Of a stretch of 64,000 bases of DNA, positions 8,554 to 16,876 are shown in pieces. Under the pieces are notes generated by a model. The model was not told the origin of the DNA and ran no database searches. It worked only from the letters and a program-made list of their open reading frames with translations. The DNA is taken from positions 2,029 to 66,028 of the forward strand of contig JBGSNU010000013.1 of the NCBI GenBank assembly GCA_041739415.1, given 5' to 3'. The stretch's first letter is position 1. Each line of letters starts with the position of its first letter. The position numbers were made by a program, and so were the translations under genes. The DNA comes from Bdellovibrionales bacterium. GTDB lineage: Bacteria > Bdellovibrionota > Bdellovibrionia > Bdellovibrionales > UBA1609.

Positions 8554-9468
8554 TTATCGTCGCAGTCGCAAGGGCGGCTTTCCCCATGTGTTTGAGCCGG
8601 GCAAAAAATAAAACAACAGCTTATGAAAAAACCGGGATGGAATAAGTCGCCGAACGACGCCAAAAATGAAGGCGTCGATGGTAACTGCGACTCTTAGGGG
8701 TGGATCTCTGCGTTTCAGCAGCTTCAAGATGCGCTTCGCAATACGTTCTGGAGACGTTGGTGAATACCCCATTAGTCGCTCAATCAGAGGAGTCATCGAG
8801 TCGTAATACTCTGAGTGGGGGCCTCGAAGGAGCTTGCTCATTTTGGCCTTTTTCGACATCACCACGTTGCGATAAGACTCGGATCTGACAAAGCCCAACT
8901 CAATGAGGCTGACTCGAATGCCGAACGGCTTGGTTTCGTACCAGAGCGCCTCACTCGCACCCTCTAGGGCATGTTTTGATGCGCTATAGGAGCCCATTGT
9001 GGGCATGGCCATCATGCCTGACACTGAGGAAACATTTATTATATAACCCGATTTTTGCTCTCGCATGATAGGCAATACAGCTCGGGTAAGAGCCATTGGC
9101 CCTAGATAATTGGTTTTGAGTTGAACCATTTCAGACTCTACATCCATATGTTCAACCACGCCGCGGTAGCACACAGCTGCATTGTTTATAAGTACATCCA
9201 CGCGTCCCCATCGGCCGCAGACCTCGTTTACAATTGGGTAAATATCTGAATCAAACTGCAAGTCGAGCTCGCGAATAATAAAGCGATCACTTTGCGGGAA
9301 CTTCTTTTCGAGCGCTGGAATTGCGTGCTTTCTTGCTGTGATAACTACGCAAATATCGTTTTGTGAATACAGCTCTTCCGCAAGCGCTTGACCAATGCCA
9401 GAACCACAGCCTGTGACCATCACTACAAACTTTGTTCCGACTTCGGGCACTATCAGTTCATTCCACAT
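8554..9468 (-). CDS. short-chain dehydrogenase/reductase (SDR)
   Basis: TGCGSGIG dinucleotide motif, NNAA, and catalytic YSASKHAL. The start overlaps the upstream receiver gene by 11 nt. Confidence 0.9.
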   Translation of the reverse strand: MWNELIVPEVGTKFVVMVTGCGSGIGQALAEELYSQNDICVVITARKHAIPALEKKFPQSDRFIIRELDLQFDSDIYPIVNEVCGRWGRVDVLINNAAVCYRGVVEHMDVESEMVQLKTNYLGPMALTRAVLPIMREQKSGYIINVSSVSGMMAMPTMGSYSASKHALEGASEALWYETKPFGIRVSLIELGFVRSESYRNVVMSKKAKMSKLLRGPHSEYYDSMTPLIERLMGYSPTSPERIAKRILKLLKRRDPPLRVAVTIDAFIFGVVRRLIPSRFFHKLLFYFLPGSNTWGKPPLRLRR

Positions 9469-9880
9469 TTTGTCGGACCGATCGATGGCGCAGCATATCT
9501 TCTAGCACACGTTCGCACTTTGGCACTGAAAACGGCTTGGCAAGAACTGCGATAGAATGCTCTGGCCAGTCGAAATGGTTGTAGATCTCGCCTTCATCCG
9601 CAGCTGTGACTAAAAGCTTCATCGCGCGAGACTCTTGCACCTCGGGAGAATTTAGCAGATCTAGGCCAGTGTCTGAGCCTGCCAAAAAAATATCGGTGAT
9701 GATCATACTATAAGGTCGACCATCTTTGCGACCTTCAGTCACAAGCACGCGGGCCCGCTCGCAGCTCACTGTCCAATCCACCTGGGCCTCATTTAGACAA
9801 CGTCTAAGCACCAACGACCAAAAGGGCTGAAGCGACAAATCGTCCTCCACAATCAAAATGCGCTCCTTTGTCCACTCCAT
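9458..9880 (-). CDS. stand-alone response-regulator receiver (CheY-like), paralog of 10594..11112
   Basis: VEDD, phospho-acceptor ITDIFLAG, LVTAA, and AKPF. AGGAG RBS. No output domain. Confidence 0.85.
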   Translation of the reverse strand: MEWTKERILIVEDDLSLQPFWSLVLRRCLNEAQVDWTVSCERARVLVTEGRKDGRPYSMIITDIFLAGSDTGLDLLNSPEVQESRAMKLLVTAADEGEIYNHFDWPEHSIAVLAKPFSVPKCERVLEDMLRHRSVRQNVE

Positions 9881-9914
9881 GGGCAGCTCCTAGGCGGCTA
9901 TATGTCGGCTGAAA

Positions 9915-10274
9915 CTAAACTGAAATCATATTCTGGTTCAATCTGAATCGTCGCCGCCTTGATTTTTGGACAGATTTCAATTTACGCAACTGTCGCCGTG
10001 CGATGTGCATGCAGTCGTAAAGCATGGTCCAAAAATCGGGCCCTGATTCCCTAACGACAATTTTTCGCGGGAGCCAGGGAGCGCTAGCGGTGAGGTGACA
10101 TTCGTAAATTGCACCGCGCAGATCTTTTCTTGGCACCGAGGTTTGGACGTAGGCTTCTATCGTCAGATTTTCAGTTTTGACCCAAGGGCTAAGTTTTACT
10201 GAAATCCATTTTTTTAATCGGCTGTCAAAGTCCTTTGAAACTCGTAGATGATGAAAGTGCGTTAGAATTTTCAC
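9915..10274 (-). CDS. small HPF/RaiA (ribosomal S30AE)-like protein, tentative
   Basis: GTG start 6 nt after AAGGAG. The pattern HHLRVSKDFDSRLKKWI..LTIEAYV..YECHLTA..MLYDCMHIARRQLRKLK parallels the beta-alpha-beta-beta-beta-alpha layout and the terminal rQLrKhK motif of hibernation factors. Confidence 0.55.
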   Translation of the reverse strand: MKILTHFHHLRVSKDFDSRLKKWISVKLSPWVKTENLTIEAYVQTSVPRKDLRGAIYECHLTASAPWLPRKIVVRESGPDFWTMLYDCMHIARRQLRKLKSVQKSRRRRFRLNQNMISV

Positions 10275-10288
10275 CTTGCTCTCCTTTG

Positions 10289-10597
10289 TTAGAGTTGTTT
10301 ACTGATGGACCACACTTGAACTTTATCCCAAGCCAAAGTGAGCACTCGCTCAAGCGCAACAAATGGACTGTGCGCTTTAGCACGCAACATGAAACTCAGC
10401 ACACCTGAGGCGAGGCTAACGTCGACATGAAAATAACCGTCTGTGCGAAGCACATCCAACGCAACAAAGCAGTCTGACGGTGCACGTTCAAGCAGGCTCT
10501 CAAGTCCGTCTTGAATCGATTTGGTCAATTCCTGTCCCTCGTTCAAACTTAGAATCTCACGGCCGATATTGAGTCGGACTGTATCTGACACAATCAT
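10289..10597 (-). CDS. small hypothetical protein, possibly a second divergent HPF/RaiA-like fold
   Basis: The ATG at 10597 forms an ATGA overlap with the stop of the upstream receiver and follows AAGGGGGA. About 102 aa with the same strand/helix periodicity. The track start at 10702 lies inside the upstream gene. Confidence 0.5.
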   Translation of the reverse strand: MIVSDTVRLNIGREILSLNEGQELTKSIQDGLESLLERAPSDCFVALDVLRTDGYFHVDVSLASGVLSFMLRAKAHSPFVALERVLTLAWDKVQVWSISKQL

Positions 10598-11112
10598 TGT
10601 TCCCCCTTGTTGGTATTTCCCATAAATTGTTTTTCTAAAATGGTATCGACAATCCCAAAGCAGTTGGACAGTGACAGTGGCTTTTGTAGAAAAATCGGGC
10701 ATCCGTGGCTTTTTGCCATGAGTGATTTGTAATGTCCGGCCGGCATGGTGCTCGCAAAAATGAAATTTTGCGTTTCTTCACCATATCGATTCCATAGATC
10801 CACTCCGGTCGCTGGCCCATCGAGAAATATATCTACAATCACAAGATAAAAGGGTTGGCCATTGCGGTAGCGTAGCCGTATTAAATTTTCGGCATCTTCG
10901 GCTCGATTTGTCCAATCCACCCGGACAGGGTGAGGGCTCAGTGAGAATATTTTTTGCCAAAATGGGTGGAGCGAAAGATCGTCTTCAACCACTAACACTC
11001 GAGCCACACTTTCTCGGAGCGTAGGCGCCATTTCATAATACTGCGGCACGCTCAGATCTTGCGATTTTGGCACTGATAATCCCCCCTTATTGACGATCCC
11101 CGACTGCTCCAC
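10594..11112 (-). CDS. stand-alone response-regulator receiver, paralog of 9458..9880
   Basis: VEDDLSLHPFW, VIVDIFLDG, FAST, and QKPL. The true start may be the ATG at 11031 (MAPTLRESVARVLVVEDD). Confidence 0.8.
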   Translation of the reverse strand: MEQSGIVNKGGLSVPKSQDLSVPQYYEMAPTLRESVARVLVVEDDLSLHPFWQKIFSLSPHPVRVDWTNRAEDAENLIRLRYRNGQPFYLVIVDIFLDGPATGVDLWNRYGEETQNFIFASTMPAGHYKSLMAKSHGCPIFLQKPLSLSNCFGIVDTILEKQFMGNTNKGEQ

Positions 11113-11188
11113 TATCGTCGCACTTCAAGTTGAAGTTGGTGTTGAACCTCTGTGAAGATTTCGCAACATCGAAGAATGGGCAGCAGGT

Positions 11189-11896
11189 ATGGCTAAAATT
11201 CTGTGTGTAGAAGATAGTAAAGAGTTTCAGTTGTATTTGGGTGGTGTCTTGCGTGAGCACAACTTAGTGTACTCAACCTCCATTCGTGAGGCCCTACGTT
11301 TAGCGGAGGTAAGTCATGACTCTTTTGATCTCATTATCCTGGATATTTCTTTGCCCGATGGCAATGGGATGCGGGCTCTGCCCCAGTTGAATGAATTTTT
11401 TGGGGATCGTCCCATTCCAATCGTAGTTATCAGCGGTGACAGTGATGTGCTGACTAAAGTAGCGGCGTTTGGCGTGGGTGCAGACGACTACATTAGTAAG
11501 CCCCCCAACTCGAGTGAGCTAAGGGCGCGAATTGAAGCCCGTCTGCGGTGGTCTCGCCTACAAACAGCAAATCGGAACCGTGTGGCAATGGGGAACTTAC
11601 AGTTGGATATAGAACAAATGGCCGTTCAGATGAATGTTGATGGCAACTCGAAATCCTTGGATTTGACGCCGTGTGAATTCAAAATCTTGCGCCTCTTAAT
11701 GGCTCGGCCAGGGCAGGTTTTCTCTCGAGAGCACATTGTGGAGCGGATCTGGGGCATAGGCAAATACGTCACCTTTCGAACGATTGACGCACATATAAGC
11801 CATTTGCGGCGCAAGCTCTCGCAAAGTTCTGTCGGTATCGAAACGGTTCTGTCTGCAGGTTATAAAGCCGTGCTTAAGGACTGCAGTCTAAACTAG
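11189..11896 (+). CDS. OmpR-family response regulator (receiver + winged helix)
   Basis: Receiver (ILDISLPDGNG, SKP) plus a C-terminal trans_reg_C-like region (LTPCEFKILRLL...RTIDAHISHLRRKL). Confidence 0.9.
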   Translation: MAKILCVEDSKEFQLYLGGVLREHNLVYSTSIREALRLAEVSHDSFDLIILDISLPDGNGMRALPQLNEFFGDRPIPIVVISGDSDVLTKVAAFGVGADDYISKPPNSSELRARIEARLRWSRLQTANRNRVAMGNLQLDIEQMAVQMNVDGNSKSLDLTPCEFKILRLLMARPGQVFSREHIVERIWGIGKYVTFRTIDAHISHLRRKLSQSSVGIETVLSAGYKAVLKDCSLN

Positions 11897-12329
11897 GGCA
11901 GCTGGTCTGAACTGTTCGAATGGTCTCATCCATATATGTCTTAAATTTGTTGAGCTTGTCTCCGGCATCCTCGGGGAGAGGATTCATCTTAAATTCAAAC
12001 TGCAGCTCACGTGCCAGGGCACCTAGTGCTCGAAAGCCTAGTAACTCAGCTGTGCCCGCAATGCGGTGAGCAATTTTTTGTACCTCGTCAGATCGCGAAC
12101 TTACATTATTTATATTTAGCGCCATATAGGAGCTATTTAAATTTTTGGTGAAGAGAGCGAGAATGGCGAGCACAGTCTCAGCGTCCGTATCGTCCACCAA
12201 CTGACGACAGGCTTTGGCGTCAAAATGGGGATTGCAAGTTAGGGATTTTATAAGAGCGGCAATTTGTCCGTCCAGATGACACTCCTCTGTGAGCTCAAGC
12301 GGGTTCTTGTGAAAGCCAAGCGAGTGCAC
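11874..12329 (-). CDS. stand-alone Hpt domain protein
   Basis: Hpt motif VQKIAHRIAGTAELLGF in a helical 151-aa protein. It is convergent with the OmpR-type gene and overlaps its 3-prime end by 23 nt. Confidence 0.7.
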   Translation of the reverse strand: MHSLGFHKNPLELTEECHLDGQIAALIKSLTCNPHFDAKACRQLVDDTDAETVLAILALFTKNLNSSYMALNINNVSSRSDEVQKIAHRIAGTAELLGFRALGALARELQFEFKMNPLPEDAGDKLNKFKTYMDETIRTVQTSCPSLDCSP

Positions 12330-12443
12330 AAGGCAAAAACCAAAGTTTGCGTGAACAGGCTATCACAGTGAGAACCCAGTTTCCAGACTTTGATTTATTG
12401 TCATTAGACATTATGATCTCCACGTTGAGGTCTACCCGGCTAA

Positions 12444-14168
12444 ATGACATTTGGGTTTACTAAACAAAGAACAATTTGCGAGGTTTTTGTGCCAATTCAC
12501 CAAAAGAAGCAAAATGGGACCGATAGAGTCCAACAACGTCGACGCAGTAAGGACCTTGACGGTGTGCATGAACGTAGTCAGCAGTTGGCGGTTCTACAGC
12601 TTGAGAGCTTCAATCGCTACCGTCATCTGGCCGATGCCGTCCCTCACATTATCTGGAAGCTACAAACCAATGGATCTTTGGAGTATTGCAATCGCCAATG
12701 GATAAACTATTCGTGTTTGACATTGGAGCAAAGCGCGGATTTGGGCTGGCAGAAGCTAGTGCATCCAGTAGATCTTGGTCGTCTGTTAAAGTTGCTAAAG
12801 CCCGTTAGCGATGCCAATGAGGGATTTGAAACCGAGTGTCGGCTCATGGAGGCGTGCTCTCAATCCTATCAGTGGCATATTTTACGGGCTGTACCCGAGC
12901 GCTCGAGCTCGGGTGAGGCTCTGTCTTGGATTGTGACCAACACGAATATAGAAGATCGCAAGAAGATTGAAGAGGCGTTGGTCAAGGCCAACCAAGTCTC
13001 TGCAGCCGCAAGCCAGGCCAAGAGCGCCTTCCTCGCGAATATGAGTCATGAAATTCGAACCCCTTTGGGAATAGTCTTAGGCTATGCAGATCTGTTGGCG
13101 GACTCTGGCACTCCTGAAGTTCTCCGGCAGGAGTACTTAGAAAATGTAAAGCGCAACGGTGAGCTGTTGTCGCGGCTGATTGGAGATATTTTAGATTTGT
13201 CGAAAATTGAGGCCGGATATCTAGATGTTGAGAAGGTCGTGTTCTCTTTGCCAGATTTTTTGCGCACCGCTATTGATTCATTTCGCAATCAAGCCAATGA
13301 AAAGAACGTGGTGTTGAAAACCATGGTTAGTCGGCCTATTCCGGAGACAATTTGTTCAGACCCCATGCGGCTTCGGCAGATTTTCTTCAACATCGTCTCC
13401 AATGCGATTAAGTTTACTGAGAGTGGCGACGTCACAATTCGGGTGGACTTTGAATGTGAAGTTAGCGGATGTGATGTGCTCAAAATATACGTAATTGATC
13501 AGGGCCTGGGTATAACCGAGGAGCAAGGGCAGCGGCTCTTTCAGCCCTTTATTCAAGCGGACAGTTCGACGACTCGCAAGTATGGTGGGACAGGGCTCGG
13601 TCTATCTTTGTCGCGTAGGTTGGCGCGACAACTGGATGGAGATGTCGTATTGGTCAAAACCGAACCTGGAGGAAAGGGGAGTACCTTCGCAATCACCATT
13701 GGAGTGGGAGACTTGTCTGGGGTTGCACTCACCGACAATCTCGAATTGCCAGCGCAAGTGCGGCGGAGTGGTCCGAGTGAAAATCGCATCTTGGATGGAG
13801 TGCACATTTTAATTGTCGACGACGCGCCAGAAAACCAATTTTTGCTTAAGCACTTTCTGGCGGGTGCGGGAGCAAATGTCGAGGTGGCTGATAACGGACA
13901 GGATGGAGTGCAAAAGGCTCTCACCACTGATTTTGATTTGATTCTTATGGACATTCAAATGCCCATCTTGGATGGATATCGAGCCACCCGTGAGTTGCGT
14001 AATCGTGCATTTGTGAAGCCCATCTTGGCGTTAACGGCCTGTGCGCTTAAGGAAGAGCGGGCTCGTTGCATGGAGGCCGGGTGCAATGATCACTTGACCA
14101 AGCCAATTAACCGGAGCGATCTGCTGACGTCGGTTTCAAAATACATTCCGTCGAGCGTGAGGACATGA
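12444..14168 (+). CDS. soluble hybrid sensor histidine kinase (PAS + HisKA + HATPase + receiver)
   Basis: PAS-like N-terminus (AVPHIIWKLQTNGSLEYCNRQW), H-box MSHEIRTPL, N/G boxes (NAIKFT, DQGLGI, GGTGLGLS), and a C-terminal receiver (ILIVDD...LILMDIQMP...TKP). No TM segments seen. Confidence 0.9.
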   Translation: MTFGFTKQRTICEVFVPIHQKKQNGTDRVQQRRRSKDLDGVHERSQQLAVLQLESFNRYRHLADAVPHIIWKLQTNGSLEYCNRQWINYSCLTLEQSADLGWQKLVHPVDLGRLLKLLKPVSDANEGFETECRLMEACSQSYQWHILRAVPERSSSGEALSWIVTNTNIEDRKKIEEALVKANQVSAAASQAKSAFLANMSHEIRTPLGIVLGYADLLADSGTPEVLRQEYLENVKRNGELLSRLIGDILDLSKIEAGYLDVEKVVFSLPDFLRTAIDSFRNQANEKNVVLKTMVSRPIPETICSDPMRLRQIFFNIVSNAIKFTESGDVTIRVDFECEVSGCDVLKIYVIDQGLGITEEQGQRLFQPFIQADSSTTRKYGGTGLGLSLSRRLARQLDGDVVLVKTEPGGKGSTFAITIGVGDLSGVALTDNLELPAQVRRSGPSENRILDGVHILIVDDAPENQFLLKHFLAGAGANVEVADNGQDGVQKALTTDFDLILMDIQMPILDGYRATRELRNRAFVKPILALTACALKEERARCMEAGCNDHLTKPINRSDLLTSVSKYIPSSVRT

Positions 14169-14199
14169 AGTCGCGAAGCCTTAGTGAATGAGCTTGGGA

Positions 14200-14748
14200 C
14201 TATTTGAGAACTTTCTCAATGTCCTTAGTTAAACTCTTTGGGCTGGTTTGCGGAGCGTAGCGATGAATGACCTTTCCCTCGCTATCGACTAAAAATTTTG
14301 TGAAATTCCATTTGATCGCCTCTGTGCCCGCGAGTCCCGGCGCGCTCGCCTTCAGCCATTGAAAGAGTGGGTCGGCAGAAGACCCATTGACATCGACTCT
14401 CGCAAAAATAGGAAAGGTCACTCCATAATTCAGTTTGCAGAACTTTTGGATCTCAGGGTTTGACCCTGGCTCCTGGCCGCCGAACTGATTGCAGGGAAAG
14501 CCCAGTACGACAAAATTTTTATCTTTGTACTTTTGATAAAGTTCCTCAAGCTCAGTGTATTGAGGAGTGAACCCACACTTACTCGCCACGTTGACTATCA
14601 ACACAACCTTGCCCTTAAAATCGGCTAGGCTGCGAGTGGTGTCTTCAGGAGTTTTAACACTGAAATCGTAAAATGATTTTGGCATATTTGTGGCTCCAGC
14701 AGGCTCGAATGTGAAAAATAAAAGGAAAGACAAAAGTAGGAGAGGCAT
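14200..14748 (-). CDS. glutathione peroxidase (Cys-type) with signal peptide
   Basis: [18 protein letters not shown], and WNFTKFLV motifs, with a hydrophobic N-terminal leader. Confidence 0.9.
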   Translation of the reverse strand: MPLLLLSFLLFFTFEPAGATNMPKSFYDFSVKTPEDTTRSLADFKGKVVLIVNVASKCGFTPQYTELEELYQKYKDKNFVVLGFPCNQFGGQEPGSNPEIQKFCKLNYGVTFPIFARVDVNGSSADPLFQWLKASAPGLAGTEAIKWNFTKFLVDSEGKVIHRYAPQTSPKSLTKDIEKVLK

Positions 14749-14824
14749 GGCACGATTGTTATCGAGATCAGTAGAAAATGTCTATGCAATTGCTCAAGAT
14801 TTGACGTTTCTTTGAGGTTTAACC

Positions 14825-15781
14825 GTGAGTTGGCTGAGTCGCTTAAAGCGCAAAGCACCACAAAATTTTAGACCTGTTGTTTTGGTAACGGGTTGTGGCT
14901 CGGGCATTGGCTTGGCGTTGGCGCAGCTGCTTGAGCGAGAAACCGATTACCGACTGGTGCTGACGGCTCGTGTGAGCTCACTCCCAATTTTGCGCGAGCA
15001 AGTGGTTGAAAGTGAGCGGATAATGATTCGCGAGCTAGATGTCACCGATAGAGAGTCTCGAAGACGCCTTCTACAAGAGGTGCGGGCGCGCTGGGTGCGC
15101 GTGAACATTTTGGTCAACAATGCGGGAATCGCCTATCGGTCTGTATTGGAGCATATGACCGAAGCTGACGAGCGAAAGCAGATGGGCACGAACTACCTAG
15201 GGCCAGTGGCGTTGATTCGACAGGTGCTACCGGGGATGCGCAAAGTCGGGCGCGGCAAAATTATCAATGTCTCCTCAGTGAGTGGAATGTTGGCCATGCC
15301 GACTATGGCTTCCTACAGTGCTTCTAAATATGCGCTCGAAGGAGCGAGCGAAGCCCTGTGGTATGAAGTTCGACCACTCGGAATTAACGTCACCTTGATT
15401 CAGCCCGGCTTTGTCCGTTCCAACTCCTTTAAGCGAGTGTACCACACCAAAAAATCGGCTCCTCAGGCGGGCCCGAGCGCTCGGCTGTATATGGATTTTT
15501 ATGCCACGATGGCACCGTTTATAGAGCGTCTGATGAATCTCAGTCCGTCGACGCCGCAAAGTGTAGCGCGGCGAATTCTGTGGGTGATTGGCAAAGAGAA
15601 TCCACCGCTCTGGGTTCCAGCAACACTCGATGCCGTGTTTTTTTACTATTTGCGGAGGCTTCTGCCTCGACGACTACTGCTTCCTATTTTATTTGCGTTG
15701 CTCCCAGGCTCGAGACGTTGGGGCCTCGCTTACTCTAAAGCACGCCAACTCAATCGCCAGAATGATTCGCCTAAGAGCTAA
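14825..15781 (+). CDS. short-chain dehydrogenase/reductase, paralog of 8554..9468
   Basis: TGCGSGIG, NNAG, and YSASKYALEGASEALWYE. By eye about half of the residues are shared with the SDR at 8554..9468 along the full length. Confidence 0.9.
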   Translation: MSWLSRLKRKAPQNFRPVVLVTGCGSGIGLALAQLLERETDYRLVLTARVSSLPILREQVVESERIMIRELDVTDRESRRRLLQEVRARWVRVNILVNNAGIAYRSVLEHMTEADERKQMGTNYLGPVALIRQVLPGMRKVGRGKIINVSSVSGMLAMPTMASYSASKYALEGASEALWYEVRPLGINVTLIQPGFVRSNSFKRVYHTKKSAPQAGPSARLYMDFYATMAPFIERLMNLSPSTPQSVARRILWVIGKENPPLWVPATLDAVFFYYLRRLLPRRLLLPILFALLPGSRRWGLAYSKARQLNRQNDSPKS

Positions 15782-16817
15782 GTGATTTGCGTCGGTGGTA
15801 TTCCGCCATGACCAATTGTTCTATTGTGGGCGCAATAAACAGTCCAGCAAACCCCAGTAAGGCAATGCCACCCAGTAGGCTTATCAATGAAATCACCGCA
15901 TTTGTTTTTGCAGCCTTAGAGAAGAGCCAGGCCTTGAGCAAGTTATCAGCAACGCCGGTCACTCCAGCCGTAATTCCCATAGTCAGCGCGACAAACATGT
16001 CGCCTTGAAAAAGAGCCACTAGCGCAAATGCCGCTGCGACGAGGCCCGCACCCAACAAGGGTATCATTGAAAAAATAAAGGTCACGGCAAAGATCAGGAA
16101 GTAATTGCTAAGGCCACAAATCCACGCACCCACCACAACGATTGACGATTGCAGCACGCCCGTTAGGAGCACCGAGCCGAGCGAGATAAAGCAAACACGT
16201 TCAAAGCGGCGGAACTGCTCGGCTGAGTCACCATTGAAACTCAATAGTTGAGCCACCGCAAGGTAGGGCTTGCTGCCCATCAGCAGGAACGCTGCAAAAG
16301 CCAGAGTGAAGATAAAAAGATTAAGTAAGATCTCGGGAGTTGCAGCAAAAAAAGCACTCGCCCCTGCGAGCAAGGTGTCGCGGGTTGAGACTAAAGTAGA
16401 ATTGATTATACGCTCAAGTTGTTTATGCCATTCCATCGAGACGAAGAGCTCATACGATTCAAGCCGTGCCCAGATTTGACCTCGGAGCTCAGCGAAGCGT
16501 TGTCCAAGATTTGAGATCATATTGGTGTCCCCAAAGGCCTCAAAGAGTAGCGCATACGTTTGCACACCTATAATCACCAGAAGCACGGATGCAACAATCG
16601 AAACGGTGGCTAAAACGCCATAGGCCACGGGTTTTCGTCGAGAGTGCAAAACTTCACGCAAGCGACGTTCAAGTGGACCACAGGCGGCAGCAAACAATAC
16701 ACCTAAGACAACGGGCTTCCAGAATGGAATAAACAACATGAGGTACAAAAAAATCAAAATGACGAATCCAGTTCCCAGCGGTCGGCGATTGGACTTTTCA
16801 ACAATCAACTGGATCAT
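15771..16817 (-). CDS. AI-2E family transporter (PerM/YhhT-like membrane protein)
   Basis: 348 aa with about 8 TM segments and the typical C-terminal GGIALLGFAGLFIAP segment. Confidence 0.8.
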   Translation of the reverse strand: MIQLIVEKSNRRPLGTGFVILIFLYLMLFIPFWKPVVLGVLFAAACGPLERRLREVLHSRRKPVAYGVLATVSIVASVLLVIIGVQTYALLFEAFGDTNMISNLGQRFAELRGQIWARLESYELFVSMEWHKQLERIINSTLVSTRDTLLAGASAFFAATPEILLNLFIFTLAFAAFLLMGSKPYLAVAQLLSFNGDSAEQFRRFERVCFISLGSVLLTGVLQSSIVVVGAWICGLSNYFLIFAVTFIFSMIPLLGAGLVAAAFALVALFQGDMFVALTMGITAGVTGVADNLLKAWLFSKAAKTNAVISLISLLGGIALLGFAGLFIAPTIEQLVMAEYHRRKSLSS

Positions 16818-16876
16818 TCGAGCTCCCTGGCTTCACAAGCCAGCACGAGTCTAAATCGCATGTGCAGCAAGCGCAA

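Noticed and set aside
14200-14748. Possibility that the glutathione peroxidase is a selenoprotein
   Set aside because: The active-site residue is an ordinary Cys codon within an uninterrupted ORF (VASKCGFT). There is no in-frame TGA.
16827-16843. Hairpin CTGGCTT-cac-AAGCCAG between recQ and the AI-2E transporter gene
   Set aside because: It has a 7-bp stem but no T-run on the minus strand, so I cannot call it a terminator with confidence. It may be a weak terminator or an mRNA-stabilising stem.
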